From NCBI RefSeq assembly GCF_964213995.1, contig NC_135816.1, positions 10,974,001 to 11,038,000 of the forward strand: 64,000 nucleotides of DNA. The letters run 5' to 3'. This stretch comes from Mustelus asterias. Taxonomy: Eukaryota. Shown here piece after piece: positions 1 through 12,760 of the stretch (position 1 is the stretch's first letter; the number at the start of each line of letters is the position of its first letter). Position numbers and translations under genes: made by a program. The notes under the pieces are model-generated. The model ran no database searches, was not told the DNA's origin, and saw nothing but the letters and a program-made list of their open reading frames with translations.

Positions 1-31
1 CTGTTGATGTGGTGCTTGGAGTTAGTGATAT

Positions 32-2012
32 GAACATAGAACATAGAACATAGAGCAGTACAGCACAGAACAGGCCCTTCGGCCCACGATGTTGTGCCGA
101 GCTTTATCTGAAACCAAGATCAAGCTATCCCACTCCCTATCATCCTGGTGTGCTCCATGTGCCTATCCAATAACCGCTTAAATGTTTCTAAAGTGTCTGA
201 CTCCACTATCACTGCAGGCAGTCCATTCCACACCCCAACCACTCTCTGACTAAAGAACCTACCTCTGATATCCTTCCTGTATCTCCCACCATGAACCCTA
301 TAGTTATGTCCCCTTGTAATAGCTCCATCCACCCGAGGAAATAGTCTTTGAACGTTCACTCTATCTATCCCCTTCATCATTTTATAAACCTCTATTAAGT
401 CTCCCCTCAGCCTCCTCCGCTCCAGAGAGAACAGCCCTAGCTCCCTCAACCTTTCCTCATAAGACCTACCCTCCAAACCAGGCAGCATCCTGGTAAATCT
501 CCTCTGCACTCTTTCCAGCGCTTCCACATCCTTCTTATAGTGAGGTGACCAGAACTGCACACAATATTCCAAATGTGGTCTCACCAAGGTCCTGTACAGT
601 TGCAGCATAACCCCACGGCTCTTAAACTCCAACCCCCTGTTAATAAAAGCTAACACACTATAGGCCTTCTTCACAGCTCTATCCACTTGAGTGGCAACCT
701 TGAGAGATCTGTGGATATAGACCCCAAGATCTCTCTGTTCCTCCACAGTCTTCAGAACCCTACCTTTGACCCTGTAATCCACATTTAAATTAGTCCTACC
801 AAAATGAATCACCTCACATTTATCAGGGTTAAACTCCATTTGCCATTTTTCAGCCCAGCTTTGCATCCTATCGGCACGGTTGCACAGTGGTTAGCACTGC
901 TGCTTCACAGCTCCAGGGTCCCGGGTTCGATTCCCGGCTCGGGTCACTGTCTGTGTGGAGTTTGCACATTCTCCTCGTGTCTGCGTGGGTTTCCTCCGGG
1001 TGCTCCGGTTTCCTCCCACAGTCCAAAGATGTGCGGATTAGGTTGATTGGCCAGGTTAAAAATTGCCCCTTAGAGTCCTGGGATGTGTAGGTTAAAGGGA
1101 TTAGCGGGTAAATATGTGGGGGTAGGGCCTGGGTGGGATTGTGGTCGGTGCAGACTCGATGGGCCGAATGGCCTCCTTCTGCACTGTAGGGTTTCTATGA
1201 TTCTTCTATGATTCTATCTATGTCTCTTTGCAGCCTACAACAGCCCTCCACCTCATCCACTACTCCACCAATCTTGGTGTCATCAGCAAATTTACTGATC
1301 CACCCTTCAGCCCCCTCCTCGAAGTCATTAATAAAAATCACAAAGAGCAGAGGACCAAGCACTGATCCCTGTGGCACTCCACTAGCAACCTGCCTCCAGT
1401 CTGAAAATTTTCCATCCACCACCATCCTCTGTCTTCGATCAGACAGCCAGTTACCTATCCAATCGGCCAACTTTCCTCTATCCCACACCTCCTCACTTTC
1501 ATCATAAGCCGACCATGGGGGACCTTATCAAACGCCTTACTAAAATCCATGTATATGACATCAACTGCCCTACCTTCATCAACACACTTAGTTACCTCCT
1601 CAAAAAATTCTATCAAATTTGTGAGGCACGACTTGCCCTTCACGAATCCGTGCTGACTATCCCGGATTAATCCGCATCTTTCTAAATGGTCGTAAATCCC
1701 ATCCCTAAGGACCTTTTCCATCAATTTACCAACCACCGAAGTAAGACTAACCGGTCTATAATTACCAGGGTCATTTCTATTCCCTTTCTTAAACAGAGGA
1801 ACAACATTCGCCATTCTCCAGTCCTCTGGCACCATCCCCGTGGACAGCGAGGACCCAAAGGTCAAAGCCAAAGGCTCTGCAATCTCATCCCTTGCCTCCC
1901 AAAGAATCCTCGGATATATTTCATCAGGCCCAGGGGACTTATCGACCTTCAGTTGTTTCAAAACTGCCAGGACATCCTCCTTCCGAACATCTATTTCCTC
2001 CAGCCTATTAGC
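32..2012 (-). mobile_element. CR1/HER1-type LINE, 5'-truncated ORF2 (reverse transcriptase and C-terminus), interrupted by a SINE at ~872-1212
   Basis: ORFs 1455-2048, 1195-1488 and 120-866 carry [40 protein letters not shown] and LYRTLVRPHLEYC motifs; short (GAACATA)n tail at 32-53. Confidence 0.93.
872..1212 (+). mobile_element. HE1-like tRNA-derived V-SINE nested in the CR1 LINE
   Basis: Pol III A-box/B-box head (CACAGTGGTTAGCAC...GGTTCGATTCCC), V-domain TGTGTGGAGTTTGCAC...GGTTTCCTCCCAC, CR1-like tail ending (TTCTATGA)n; CR1 resumes on both sides. Confidence 0.9.
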
Positions 2013-3467
2013 CTGGTGCATATATGGTGCACATATTTTCACCTTCACTGCTGTGGGTTCTTAGCTAAGTGTTGGGCTGTCTTGTGTGTTGGAGAATTGC
2101 TGGTGGAGTTGATGCTTCATTGTAGAGTGTTTGGTTGTGGATCTTGGGTTCTCAAAATAAAACTGGACAGGGAAAAATATTGGCATGGACTTGCTGTGCA
2201 AAGACTTGGGTAGTGCACTGCTCCTGTGTATTGGAAGTAGCTTGCTGTTGACCTTCCTCTCAATAGCTGGGGGGGGGGGGGGGGGGGGGCGGGGTCCCTG
2301 AGAGTATTCCTGTCGGTGCCCATGTTGAGGTGGTGTTGAACCTTGTTCTTTTCTTTATCTCCATGATGATGGTGGCATTTACCTTGTTGGCAGTAAGTAT
2401 GCAAACTGAAGAGTTGGAATGAAGGTCGAGTGCTGCTTCCTCTGCCAATGTTGGATTTGGGTGCTTTTGCTCTGGAGAGGGGTTAAGTAACTCACAGTTG
2501 TATGCTACCTACCGCTGCTTTGTTGGACATCCTGAAGCTTGGTTCAGTCTTGTCAGATGACTTGCTAAGAAGCAATTTGCTTGGGAGCCCCAGGAAGTTT
2601 ACACCAAGGGCTGGAACCTGCTTTGAGCTTACCATGAGTTTCTATTGACTATGGTTTCCAGTCTTTTGGACTTAGATAGCGAAAGACACGGCAGGGCAAC
2701 TAATTTGATTTGGTTTATTATTGTCACATGTATTAGGATATGGTGAAAAGTATTGTTCCTTGCGTGCTATACAGGCAAAACATACCATTCTTAGAGTACA
2801 TAGGGGAGAAAGAAAGGAGATGATGCAGAATGTAGTGTTACAGTCAGAGCTAAGATGTAGAGAAAGATCAACTTAATATAAGGTAGGTCCATTCAAAAGT
2901 CTGATGGCAGCAGGAAACTTGTTCTTGAGTCAGGAGTGGGGTGGGGGAGTGTAAAAATATGAAGAGTTACCACATTTCTGAGATTTCAGAGGAGTATGGA
3001 GCTGGGTGGATAGGGGTGATGTGACATAGGCATTGGTGAATAAAGATGGGAGCCTGTTGCACAGCACCGTGGGGGACAGATCCCTAAGTCCAGTGAAGGT
3101 GAAACCATGGAGAGCATTTACAGTTGACGCTGTCCTTTTCTGGTATGCTGCATCTCCATATCGGACTCCTCAGGCGTTTGACCCCTGTGGCCACTCTTGC
3201 CATTTGACAAACACCAGTCGACAATCACTGATCCACAGAAGATGGAATTCCACAGGGAGACAGATGGCTGGGTGTCTCTGAATCCCTTAGTTGTTCTGGT
3301 CTGTGAAGTGTCTGGCTCCTCCTGGGCAACAGGACACAGAGAAGAGGGCTCCTCAGGTGAGGGAAATGGAGCAAGTGTGAAAGCAGGCATATAAACGATC
3401 CAACAGCACTTTAGGCTAGAGGATCACATCACTGTCACCCAGGGATGAGGTGATGTGAGGCTGATCA

Positions 3468-3797
3468 TAGAATCATAGAAACCCTACAGTGCAGAAGGAG
3501 GCCATTCGGCCCATCGAGTCTGCACCGACCACAATCCCACCCAGGCCCTACCCCCACATATTTTACCCGCTAATCCCTTTAACCTACACATCCCAGGACT
3601 CTAAGGGGCAATTTTTTTAACCTGGCCAATCAACCTAACCTGCACATCTTTGGACTGTGGGAGGAAACCGGAGCACCCGGAGGAAACCCACGCAGACACG
3701 AGGAGAATGTGCAAACTCCACACAGACAGTGACCCGAGCCGGGAATCGAACCCGGGACCATGGAGCTGTGAAGCAGCAGTGCTAACCACTGTGCTAC
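3468..3797 (-). mobile_element. HE1-like V-SINE. Representative of ~25 copies, including ~15775, 20270, 23069, 24968, 26097, 30020, 35825, 38310, 39043, 40541, 41280, 42364, 50385, 52246, 55356, 57155, 58470 and 63870
   Basis: Reverse complement of the 872-1212 element; accounts for the recurring MVSTAASQ and MAQWLALL ORFs. Confidence 0.9.
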
Positions 3798-4723
3798 TGA
3801 TGCCTTTATGACCCTTGGTGCAGTCTGCCGAATCACCGTAGCCAGGTGGAAAAGTGGAGCCCAAAATTTAGTCCAAATGGTTACCTGGTCATCGCCTGGC
3901 ACTTAAGTGGCACAAATGTACTTGCCACTTATCAGCCCAAGCCTGAATGTTGTCCAGTTCTTACTGCAGTTGAACATGGACTGCTTCAGTTCCAAGGAGT
4001 TGCAAATAGTGCTGAACATTGTACAGTCATCAGCAAACCCCACTTCTGACTTCATGTTGGAGGGAAGGTCATTGATGAATTAGCTAAAATTGGTTGGGCC
4101 TAGGACACTGCTCTGATGAACTCCTGCAGTAATGGTCCTGGGATTGAGATGATTGATCTCCACAAACATCTTCAATGTGCTGGAGATGATTCCAACTGTG
4201 GACAGTCTTCCCCCCCAATTCCCATTGACTCGAGTTTTCCTCGTACTCCGTGATGCCACACTGAGTCAAATGTTGTCAGCCGATGTCCTTCCCTGAAGTA
4301 TATTAGTGAACCCGATATTTGTTTACAATTGATAATAGTTTCATGGTCACCATTACTGAGGCAAGCTTTCAATTCCAGATTTTATTAATTGCATTTAAAT
4401 TCCATCAGTTGCCGTGGCGGAATTTGAACTCAGAACAGCTTCTTCCCTGCTGCCATCAGACTTTTGAATGAATCTACCACATATTAAGTTGATATTTCTC
4501 TACACCCTATCTTTAACTGCAACACTATATTTTGCACCCTCTCCTTTCCTTCTCCCCTATGTACTCTATGAATAGTATGCTTTCTCTGTATAGCACGCAA
4601 GAAACAATAATTTTTACTGTATCCCAATACATGTGACAATAATAAATCAAATCAAATCAAACTTGTGTCCCCAGAGCATTGTCCCCAGGACCATTAGTCT
4701 GGTCCTCTGGATTACTAGTCCAG

Positions 4724-4888
4724 TTGTGGAGATGCCGGCGTTGGACTGGGGTAAACACAGCAAGAGTTTTAACAACACCAGGTTAAAGTCCAACAGGTTT
4801 ATTTGGTAGCAAAAGCTAAGCTAATGGTATTTGCTACCAAATAAACCTGTTGGACTTTAACCTGGTGTTGTTAAAACTCTTACCGTGT
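4724..4888. mobile_element. Penelope-derived fold-back element
   Basis: AAGAGTTTTAACAACACCAGGTTAAAGTCCAACAGGTTTATTTGGTAGCAAA followed by its reverse complement; the same sequence forms the terminus of the GIY-YIG-bearing fragment at 43221. Confidence 0.75.
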
Positions 4889-5189
4889 TACTAGTCCAGT
4901 GACATTACCACAATGCCATTATTTCCATTAATATACCCATTATTGAAGGAAGAGGAACACAAACAATGACAAAAAAGCCCTTGATGGGTGACACAGACTA
5001 AACAATTGGAATAGACTCAGACCAACAACAAAGGAGCATAATGGTTTAGAGTCACTGAACCTCTCAAAATATAGTTCTACCACTAAGATCAAAATAATAA
5101 CACCTATCATATTATAACTAAATTGCTTAATCTTCAAACATTCAACAGATTGACAACTAAAACTCCTAATGTTCTGCAAACTGGTGGGT

Positions 5190-5770
5190 ATTCATACGCA
5201 TGCGCAGGCCAACTCCAGGCGCCACGATCTGCGCATGCGTCCGATGGGTGAACCTTGATGACGTGAGGCGCCTATCTGCGCATGCGCAGACGGTGAAATG
5301 TAAAATCATTTCGATTTAATATTTTATAAAATTTACGAGCGAGTTTTTATCACAAGTTTCAGGGTGTCTGTAACTTTTCATGCTTTTGTTCTGAAATAAA
5401 TTACTGTGTGAGGGGGCGGAGTGTGTGTGCGCATGTGCGGGGCGCTGTGACCCCTGACCCTCTCTTTCCGGCTCTGGCTCTGCTGCGAGCGGCGGGTGAG
5501 TTTGGAGCGGCGGCGGGAATCCGTCTCCATCTGCCGGTGGAACAGCCCATCCGGGGCCACCGCCCGCCTCGAACTGCCCGGGGCACATCGCCCCGACCGG
5601 GGCCGGCGATATGGCGGCGGCGCGGGTTTGAGTTTTGAGGCGATGATCTTTTCTCGTGCGGGAGGCGCTAGGCCGCAGGCGGCCATCCCGGGCGGGGAGA
5701 GGGAGCTGGGCCTGGGGCGGAATAGGGGAGGCCCGGGGGCAGCCGTGGCCGGGGGGCGGAGAAAGAATTG
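5190..5770 (+). promoter_or_regulatory. RPS14 CpG-island promoter: NRF1-type palindromes, GC box, TCT/5'TOP initiator, intronic YY1-like site
   Basis: CpG-rich; NRF1-like CGCATGCG cores at 5196-5206, 5230-5240 and 5275-5290; GGGGGCGGAG at ~5412-5421; CTCTTTCC at 5462-5469; ATATGGCGGC at ~5609-5618. Confidence 0.8.
5462..5495 (+). other. RPS14: RPS14 non-coding exon 1 (5'TOP)
   Basis: Begins CTCTTTCCGG, typical of ribosomal protein mRNAs, and ends at the donor GTGAGT (5496-5501). The exact TSS is inferred. Confidence 0.8.
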
Positions 5771-6378
5771 GGGTGAGTGGATAATCCAAAAACACGGTGG
5801 AATTTCCAGAGGGGTTTGCATTGATATAGCGCCTGTCGCACCCCAGAGTGTTGCAGACTGTCAACGGGAGGGGAGGACCAGCATGTTCAGGGGCTGTTGT
5901 AATCTGGGGACAGAATGGGGAAGGAATATAATGGGGAAAATTTGCAGGGGAAAGGGGTGGAGAATGGGGACAGATTTGGGGAGCTAACACAGGCTAACTG
6001 GGCTGAATGGCCCTTGTATCATAAGGGTTTACATTGTGTAAATGTGTACTCACGGTTGCAATGTGTGAAATACAGCAGCTGGCCTGTGCACAGCAAGCTC
6101 CCACAGCAGCTCTGTGATGAGTGGCTGGAGAATGTGTTTCAGTGATGTGGGTTGACCCTGGGGAACAATCCTATCATCATCCAGGACAGGAGTTATTTGG
6201 CCCTTTCTGCCCCTGTGTTTGCTCCGCACTGCTCCATTGTGGTCTTTGTAGTGGTAGGAGTATCTGTCTCAGACTCCCAGTCACTCTGATCCCTGCACGC
6301 TGCCTGTGGGTTCCTGCAGGAAGTGATAAAAAGTGTCCCAACTTCGAGGCATAAGGTTTGAAGTGCTCCCGGGTGAAG

Positions 6379-6510
6379 TGCAGGATAAGTTACATCGCGG
6401 CTGCTCGGTGCTGTTGATGTCGTTCCCCCTGCAGAAAGGAACACGTTTCATACTATCCTTGTCAGTCCAGCATCCCTACGGCTGGCAGGGACGCTTGGTC
6501 ACGTACACAC
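6379..6510 (+). ncRNA. SNORA63: H/ACA snoRNA, SNORA63/E3-like, copy 1 (RPS14 intron 1)
   Basis: Hairpin TGCAGG...CCTGCA, H box AAAGGA (6435-6440), second hairpin, ACA (6505-6507) 3 nt from the end. Blocks GCAGGAT, TGTCGTTCCCCCTGC and CAGGGACGCTTGGTC match human E3/SNORA63 as recalled. Confidence 0.85.
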
Positions 6511-7337
6511 CTGCTAATTCATGTGGAAAGTGTTTAATTTGGCGTAAGGAACTCGTCCATCTCTCATTGCTGCTCTCGCTCACTGGCCAACAACTGAGCT
6601 GTTAAATGGGTGGCAGGCTGGTTAAATTTTACTCTAGGTAGTCAGTTGTGGCTAGGTTGGTAGGATCAGATGGTTCCAGTCCCTCCAGAGATTGAGCACA
6701 AACTCTAGGCTGACAGTACCAATGCAGCATTGAGGGTGTCCACCAGGATTCAAGGATGTCTTGCTGGTTCAGTAGGTTCTGCAATGCTTGATAAGTCAAA
6801 TGCATGATCTGCGGACTCTGCCACAGGGGCAGATTGTGTTTTAAGAATAGGCATTTGGGTTGTTTGGAGTTTTGTGCAATCCTCCTGACACCTCCACTTC
6901 ACCTCTGCACATTCCCAGGGAAATCTCTCAATGTGTTTGGGCCCATCTTGAATGAACCTTCTCCATTTTGGTTAGTCACAAGCCAGGGTTTCCTGTGAGT
7001 TGACGGGTACGTTTAACCTAGTCAGGATTGCTTTCCTAAAGCATTTCTGCTGTCCAGGGAGAGTGTTGCCTCAACCGAGACAGGAGTGGAGCATTTTCTT
7101 TGGGAATCGAGCATCAGGCATATGTATGACGTATTCTGTCCTAATGGGCAAGCTGTATTGTGTTGCATCGTCGGAGGTATCATTTTTCAGATGTTATGTT
7201 AAGCTGAGGCCGTAAAAGATCTTGCTGCGCCATATTGAGGAAAAGCTGGAAGTTATCTATGCTGTCATGGCTGCTATTTGTCCCATGTTCAATGTCACCT
7301 TTTAAAATAAGTACCCAGTCATCATATAGCTACTTGA

Positions 7338-7643
<306 letters not shown>

Positions 7644-8253
7644 TAAGTGGAGGTTAAAACAGCATTACTTAGTGAGCCTTGTGGCATAGACCCAGATGGG
7701 GAGGTGAGACTTTTTCCTTCCACATGGCAAATTGTGATCTGAAAGAGTGATGGAAGCAGATTCAGTAACTTTCGAGAGAGAATTGGATAGATATATGAAT
7801 TGGAAAAGTTGCAGGGATGTTAAACTGATAGCTAGCTCTTTCAGAGAACAGAAACAAGGGGCTGAATGGCCTCCTGTGCTGTAAAATTCCCAAAAGCTGT
7901 CAGATTTCAGCCTTGGGCCAAGTAGGGTTAGCTGCCCTCAGCACCGTGTAGACTCTGGAATAAAGTAAAGTTTATTTATTAGTCACCAGTAGGCTTACAT
8001 TAACATTGCAATGAAGTTACTGTGAAAAGCCGCTTGTCCGGGGTTGGCCGGCTTCAGTTGCTGACCTTGAGACCCTGCAGTGAAGGAGCAGAGTCCAGCC
8101 CTACCATAATGACCACTGGCTTGTTGAAATGCCCCCCCCCCCCCCCCCCCCCCGAGTTTCAATCCTGAGCGATACATCTCAGGATCTACATCTGCAACTT
8201 TTCCGAGTGGAAGTGGGTGATGTGTTGGCCCGATTGCAGAAAGCTCCCCAGGT

Positions 8254-8385
8254 TGCAGGATAAGTTACATCGCGGCTGCTCGGTGCTGTTGATGTCGTTC
8301 CCCCTGCAGAAAGGAACACGTTTCATACTATCCTTGTCAGTCCAGCATCTCCACGGTTGGCAGGGACGCTTGGTCACGTACAAAC
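8254..8385 (+). ncRNA. SNORA63: H/ACA snoRNA, SNORA63/E3-like, copy 2 (RPS14 intron 2)
   Basis: Same 132-nt sequence as copy 3 except one C>T in the 3' upper stem; ACA at 8380-8382. Confidence 0.85.
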
Positions 8386-8484
8386 CATCCAGACTTTCAA
8401 CTTTGGCCTAGAATCCAGTTACTGTCTACTTCACCGCTGGAATTAATTTTCACCAAACTGATCCTCACCTTGGGCAACACATTG

Positions 8485-9008
8485 ATTTTGATTTGATTTA
8501 TTATTGCCACATGTATTAACATACAGTGAAAAGTATTGTTTCTTGCGCGCTATACAGACAAAGCATACCATTCATAAAGAAGGAAGTGAGAGAGTGTAGA
8601 ATGTAGTGTTACCGTCATAGCTAGGGTGTAGAGAAAGATCAACTTAATTCAAGGTAAGTCCATTCAAAAGTCTGACAGCAGCAGGGAAGAAGCTGTTCTT
8701 GAGTCGGTTGGTACGTGATCTCAGACTTTTGTATCTTTTTCCTGAAGGAAGAAGATGAAAGAGAGAATGTCCGGGGTGCGTGGGGCCCTTAATTATGCTG
8801 GCTGCTTTTCCCGAGGTAGCGGGAAGTGTAGACAGAGTCAATGGTTGGGAGGCTGGTTTGCGTGATGGATTGGGCTACATTCACAACCTTTTGTCTTGGG
8901 CAGAGCAGGAGCCATACCAAGCTGTGACACAACTAGAAAGAATGCTTTCTATGGTGCATTTGTAAAAGTTGGTGAGAGTTGTTGCTGACATGCCAAATTT
9001 CTTTAGTC
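8485..9008 (-). mobile_element. Rex1/Babar-type LINE 3' fragment
   Basis: HPGHSLFHLLPSGKRY...RLKNSFFPAAVRLLN peptide and (ATTTG)n tail; shorter copies at ~2704, 4430, 15235 and 28787. Confidence 0.8.
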
Positions 9009-9444
9009 TTTGGGCCATGCGGGTCCGTGAGGTGAGAATGAGCCATGGTTACCACTGTGAGCTTTTTGGGTTGTTTGGATTGCAGCTGAGGACAGGAGTC
9101 ACGCTGGGAGGGTCTTGCAGGAACTCTCTCGAACTGCGTCCTTTCAATTAGACTCCAGTAAATTGGCTCGTGTCTGCTCCTGGTGAAGATGGTACTGATC
9201 GGCAGTTTTTTAAATTCTGTTTGTTTACGGGCTGTGGGTTTTGCTGGCTAGCTCACGGGAAAGGAAGGTTGCTGAATAAAATCATCATTCCTGACTTCTC
9301 CGCAGAAGGCGGTTTAAAGTCTAGTAGCAGAGCACGGTTCCTGCAAATGGCCCAGCCAAGGGATCACTCCACGAAGCGGGGGAGTGTTTTTGTATCATGG
9401 TTGAAGTTGTTGAATTTTCCTCCCGTTTGTGTCCTTCCTCGCAG

Positions 9445-9606
9445 GGAAACCATCTGCCGTGTCACCGGAGGGATGAAGGTGAAGGCGGACAGAGACGAGT
9501 CCTCCCCGTATGCTGCCATGTTGGCCGCTCAGGACGTGTCTCAGAGATGCAAGGAGTTGGGCATCACCGCGCTACACATCAAACTGCGGGCCACTGGAGG
9601 CAACAG
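9445..9606 (+). CDS. RPS14: RPS14 coding exon 2
   Basis: CGCAG acceptor; [53 protein letters not shown]; donor GTCAGA; 162 nt, phase-consistent. Confidence 0.98.
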
Positions 9607-10035
9607 GTCAGAGCTTGTTCATTGTTTGAAGGGGTGCGGACATGGTGAATGTGGACATTATAATGAAAGTTGTGTGTTGCTGAAATATAAATACTGTTTT
9701 CAGTCTCGACAGGGTGTAATCTCTGGATAAAATGCTTTATTAAACCCAACTTGCAACAGAAAGTTATTTCTTTGAGGGAGCAGGAAGTTGAACATGCGAG
9801 TATTCTTTGAAGTTGGAAATAAGGTAACAGAAAATAAAGGCACTGCCAAAAACCCTCAGTTTTACAGTTGGGACTTTTCCCACAGATCTTTGCTCATCCT
9901 TAATTTTCTGTAATGATGTGACAACAGATGCAACCTAATTGCAGTTCCAAGCAGTGTTGTGTGGTGTAACGGATTCCACACTGACACCTAAGTAATCAGT
10001 ACATCAAAGATTACAGGAACTGCTCCCAGGTGAAG

Positions 10036-10167
10036 TGCAGGATAAGTTACATCGCGGCTGCTCGGTGCTGTTGATGTCGTTCCCCCTGCAGAAAGGAACA
10101 CGTTTCATACTATCCTTGTCAGTCCAGCATCTCCACGGCTGGCAGGGACGCTTGGTCACGTACAAAC
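10036..10167 (+). ncRNA. SNORA63: H/ACA snoRNA, SNORA63/E3-like, copy 3 (RPS14 intron 3)
   Basis: Same hairpin-H-hairpin-ACA sequence; ACA at 10162-10164. Confidence 0.85.
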
Positions 10168-11487
10168 AGTTTAAAACTGCACTGTTGAAGGTGCCGACTT
10201 TCGAGGGGGGGGGGGGTTAGAAAACCGAAGCTGTCTCCACGTGGATGTGATCGATGTTGTGTTCCTATTCCAAAGAGCAGGGCAGTTCTTCCCCCGTGTT
10301 TGTCCCTGAAATGACATCACAAAAAGGACAGGCTTGGGTTAATGCCTTGAACGAAAAACTTAACATCTCCAGCAGTGCAGCACTCCCTCAGTGCGACGCT
10401 GGAGCATCAACCTAGATTTGTATGTTGAAGCCTCCAGATTGGGGCTTGAACCCACAATCTACAGCCCGGGGGGGCGGGGAAGGTCATGGAGAGTTATTCC
10501 ACTGAGCCGCGATTGGGATTAATGCTTCGAGCAGAATTTACAAAAAGAGCTTTGTGATGGTTTTTATGAGACTTGCCAGTTTGGTTTCTGTGCTTTGCAC
10601 TTTCTATCGCGTTTCTTTCATGCCACACGATCAACTGCTCACATTTGTGTGTGATGTAAAGATAGTTTGTGGGGCTTCGTGAGGGATCGGGACAGAGTAG
10701 ATAGGGAGAAACTTGGCACCCATGAAAGGATCGGGTTTGAAGTAATTGGCAGAAGAGACAAAAACGGCAAGAGGAACATTGTCACACAGCCAGCGAAATG
10801 CATTGTCTTTGAGGACATGACGGAGGCAGATTTAATCGGGGCATCCAAAAAGGAGTTAAGACTTGTTTGAAAAGGAACGGTGTGCTAGGTTATGGGAGAA
10901 GGTAAGAAAATGAGACCAGGCAAATTGCTCATTTGGAGAGCACAGACATGATGGGCCAAATGGCCACCTCTTGTGCTGTAACAATTTGAGATTTACTGAG
11001 CTGATATGCGACATCACCTTAAGTAGAAATGGTTTTAAAGAAAGAATTACAACAACTTTTTGAGGTAAGCTTCCCTCTAAACATCACATCTGGTCGTTTT
11101 ACCAAAATGGTGCCAGTCTTAAATTGGGTTGTGCTGTCTGCTGCGATCATGGTTTTAAGTGAAAACAAAAAAAATCCAGTAGGCCTGGCAGCATCTGTTG
11201 AGAGAATGACCTTTCATCAGTACTAATAAAACAGCATTGACCTAAAACACTAATTCTCAGAGCTACTGGCAGTATGTCTACTCTTTATATGGAGACACAG
11301 CTGCACGCAGTACTTCAGGTGTGGCTGCGTTCTGCTTTAGGACAAGGCGGTCTGCGAGCAGCCATTTTGAACTGAACAGACCAGTCAGTGAAGGATGTAA
11401 ACAGCACTGAGTTGTCGGTGTTGACGAGTTGTAACTTGAAGTTTGCTATTCCATGTAATGTGTCAGTCAATGCAATATGTCTCGTGA

Positions 11488-11610
<123 letters not shown>

Positions 11611-11664
11611 TGAATGTTTACTGGTAGAACGTAACATCGGTGATGTGCTTAAAGAAGGGTGAAG

Positions 11665-11796
11665 TGCAGGATAAGTTACATCGCGGCTGCTCGGTGCTGT
11701 TGATGTCGTTCCCCCTGCAGAAAGGAACACGTTTCATACTATCCTTGTCAGTCCAGCATCTCCACGGCTGGCAGGGACGCTTGGTCACGTACAAAT
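11665..11796 (+). ncRNA. SNORA63: H/ACA snoRNA, SNORA63/E3-like, copy 4 (RPS14 intron 4)
   Basis: Identical to copy 3 through the ACA box (11791-11793). Confidence 0.85.
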
Positions 11797-12659
11797 GTTT
11801 TGAATAAGTTGGGAGAACCAGCTCTGTAAAAGGTGCCGAGCACGGCAGTTGAGCTCCTCTGGCTTTCTCTCTGTTCCTGGTAAGTTGAGTGAGGTGCATT
11901 GGTGAGGTGATTTTATTTGGCAGTCCTGTCTCTCCTGGCTGGCACATAGTCACCAAGATTGCTTCAACCACATCTCTCTTCAGAAAAAGGACAAAGCCAG
12001 CAAGGTTGTGGGAAAGCTATCGCCTCCAAGTCACTCACCGTCTTAGCTAAATGATGGTGTTTTCTTACCCCACCCATAGTTGTTCTGTGAGGATGATGGA
12101 TCGCATTTAGTTTAACATGACCTGGTGGCCTTCTAGGTTACTTCAGAGAGCAATACAGAACCAAAGCAGCTAGTGTGGAACTGGGTTAGATGCGGGCCCT
12201 GACAAGGCAAGTACAGCAGTTGCAGTGGTTCACTCTGAACGTGCCAGTGCTGACCCCATGGGGAAGTGGTAGCAGATTTAGATGACTTCGAAGGAGTTGG
12301 GGGTCCAGGGACTTGTCATCAGATCCTAGGTTGCAGGCTCAAAGCCCAGGCCAGTGAACCCGAGACATGGGTTCAAATTCCAGCACTGCAGCTCTGAGGA
12401 ATTTAAATTCAGTTAATGACAATAATCTGGAATTAAAAAGCTAGTGTCAGTAATGGTGACGGTTGAATTGAACTCTGGATCATCAGGTAAACCACTCAGT
12501 TCACTGTACTCGGGGCGGGAAGCAGCATGGATAAAATGGTAGGGAGGGATGCTTGGGCTGAATAAACCAGTGTTGATATGCCCCACGGTAAAGGTTTAGA
12601 AACTAGCCAGTGCACGGTCTCCTTGCTGTTTGTTTGACTTGTGTTTTTTGTTCCGACAG

Positions 12660-12727
12660 AGGATGTCACTCCCATTCCGTCAGACAGCACTCGCAGAAAG
12701 GGAGGTCGCAGAGGTCGCCGTTTGTAA
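12660..12727 (+). CDS. RPS14: RPS14 final coding exon
   Basis: GACAG acceptor; (E)DVTPIPSDSTRRKGGRRGRRL then TAA at 12725-12727; total CDS 456 nt = 151 aa. Confidence 0.98.
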
Positions 12728-12754
12728 ATGTTTTCTGTATGTGCCAGTATAACT

Positions 12755-12760
12755 AATAAA
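12755..12760 (+). terminator. RPS14 polyadenylation signal
   Basis: AATAAA 27 nt after the stop codon, followed by a GT-rich stretch (GGTTTGTTCTGTGT). Confidence 0.85.

Noticed and set aside
872-950. tRNA genes
   Set aside because: The A-box/B-box sequences are heads of HE1-like SINEs and continue into the V-domain and tail.
1040-1055. Y-box-like TTGATTGGCC as a regulatory site
   Set aside because: It is part of the SINE consensus, present in many copies, and lacks the adjacent X1-X2 arrangement.
5316-5990. GC-rich ORFs of 147-224 aa over the RPS14 promoter
   Set aside because: Stop-codon-poor CpG island, overlapping on both strands, with no recognisable protein.
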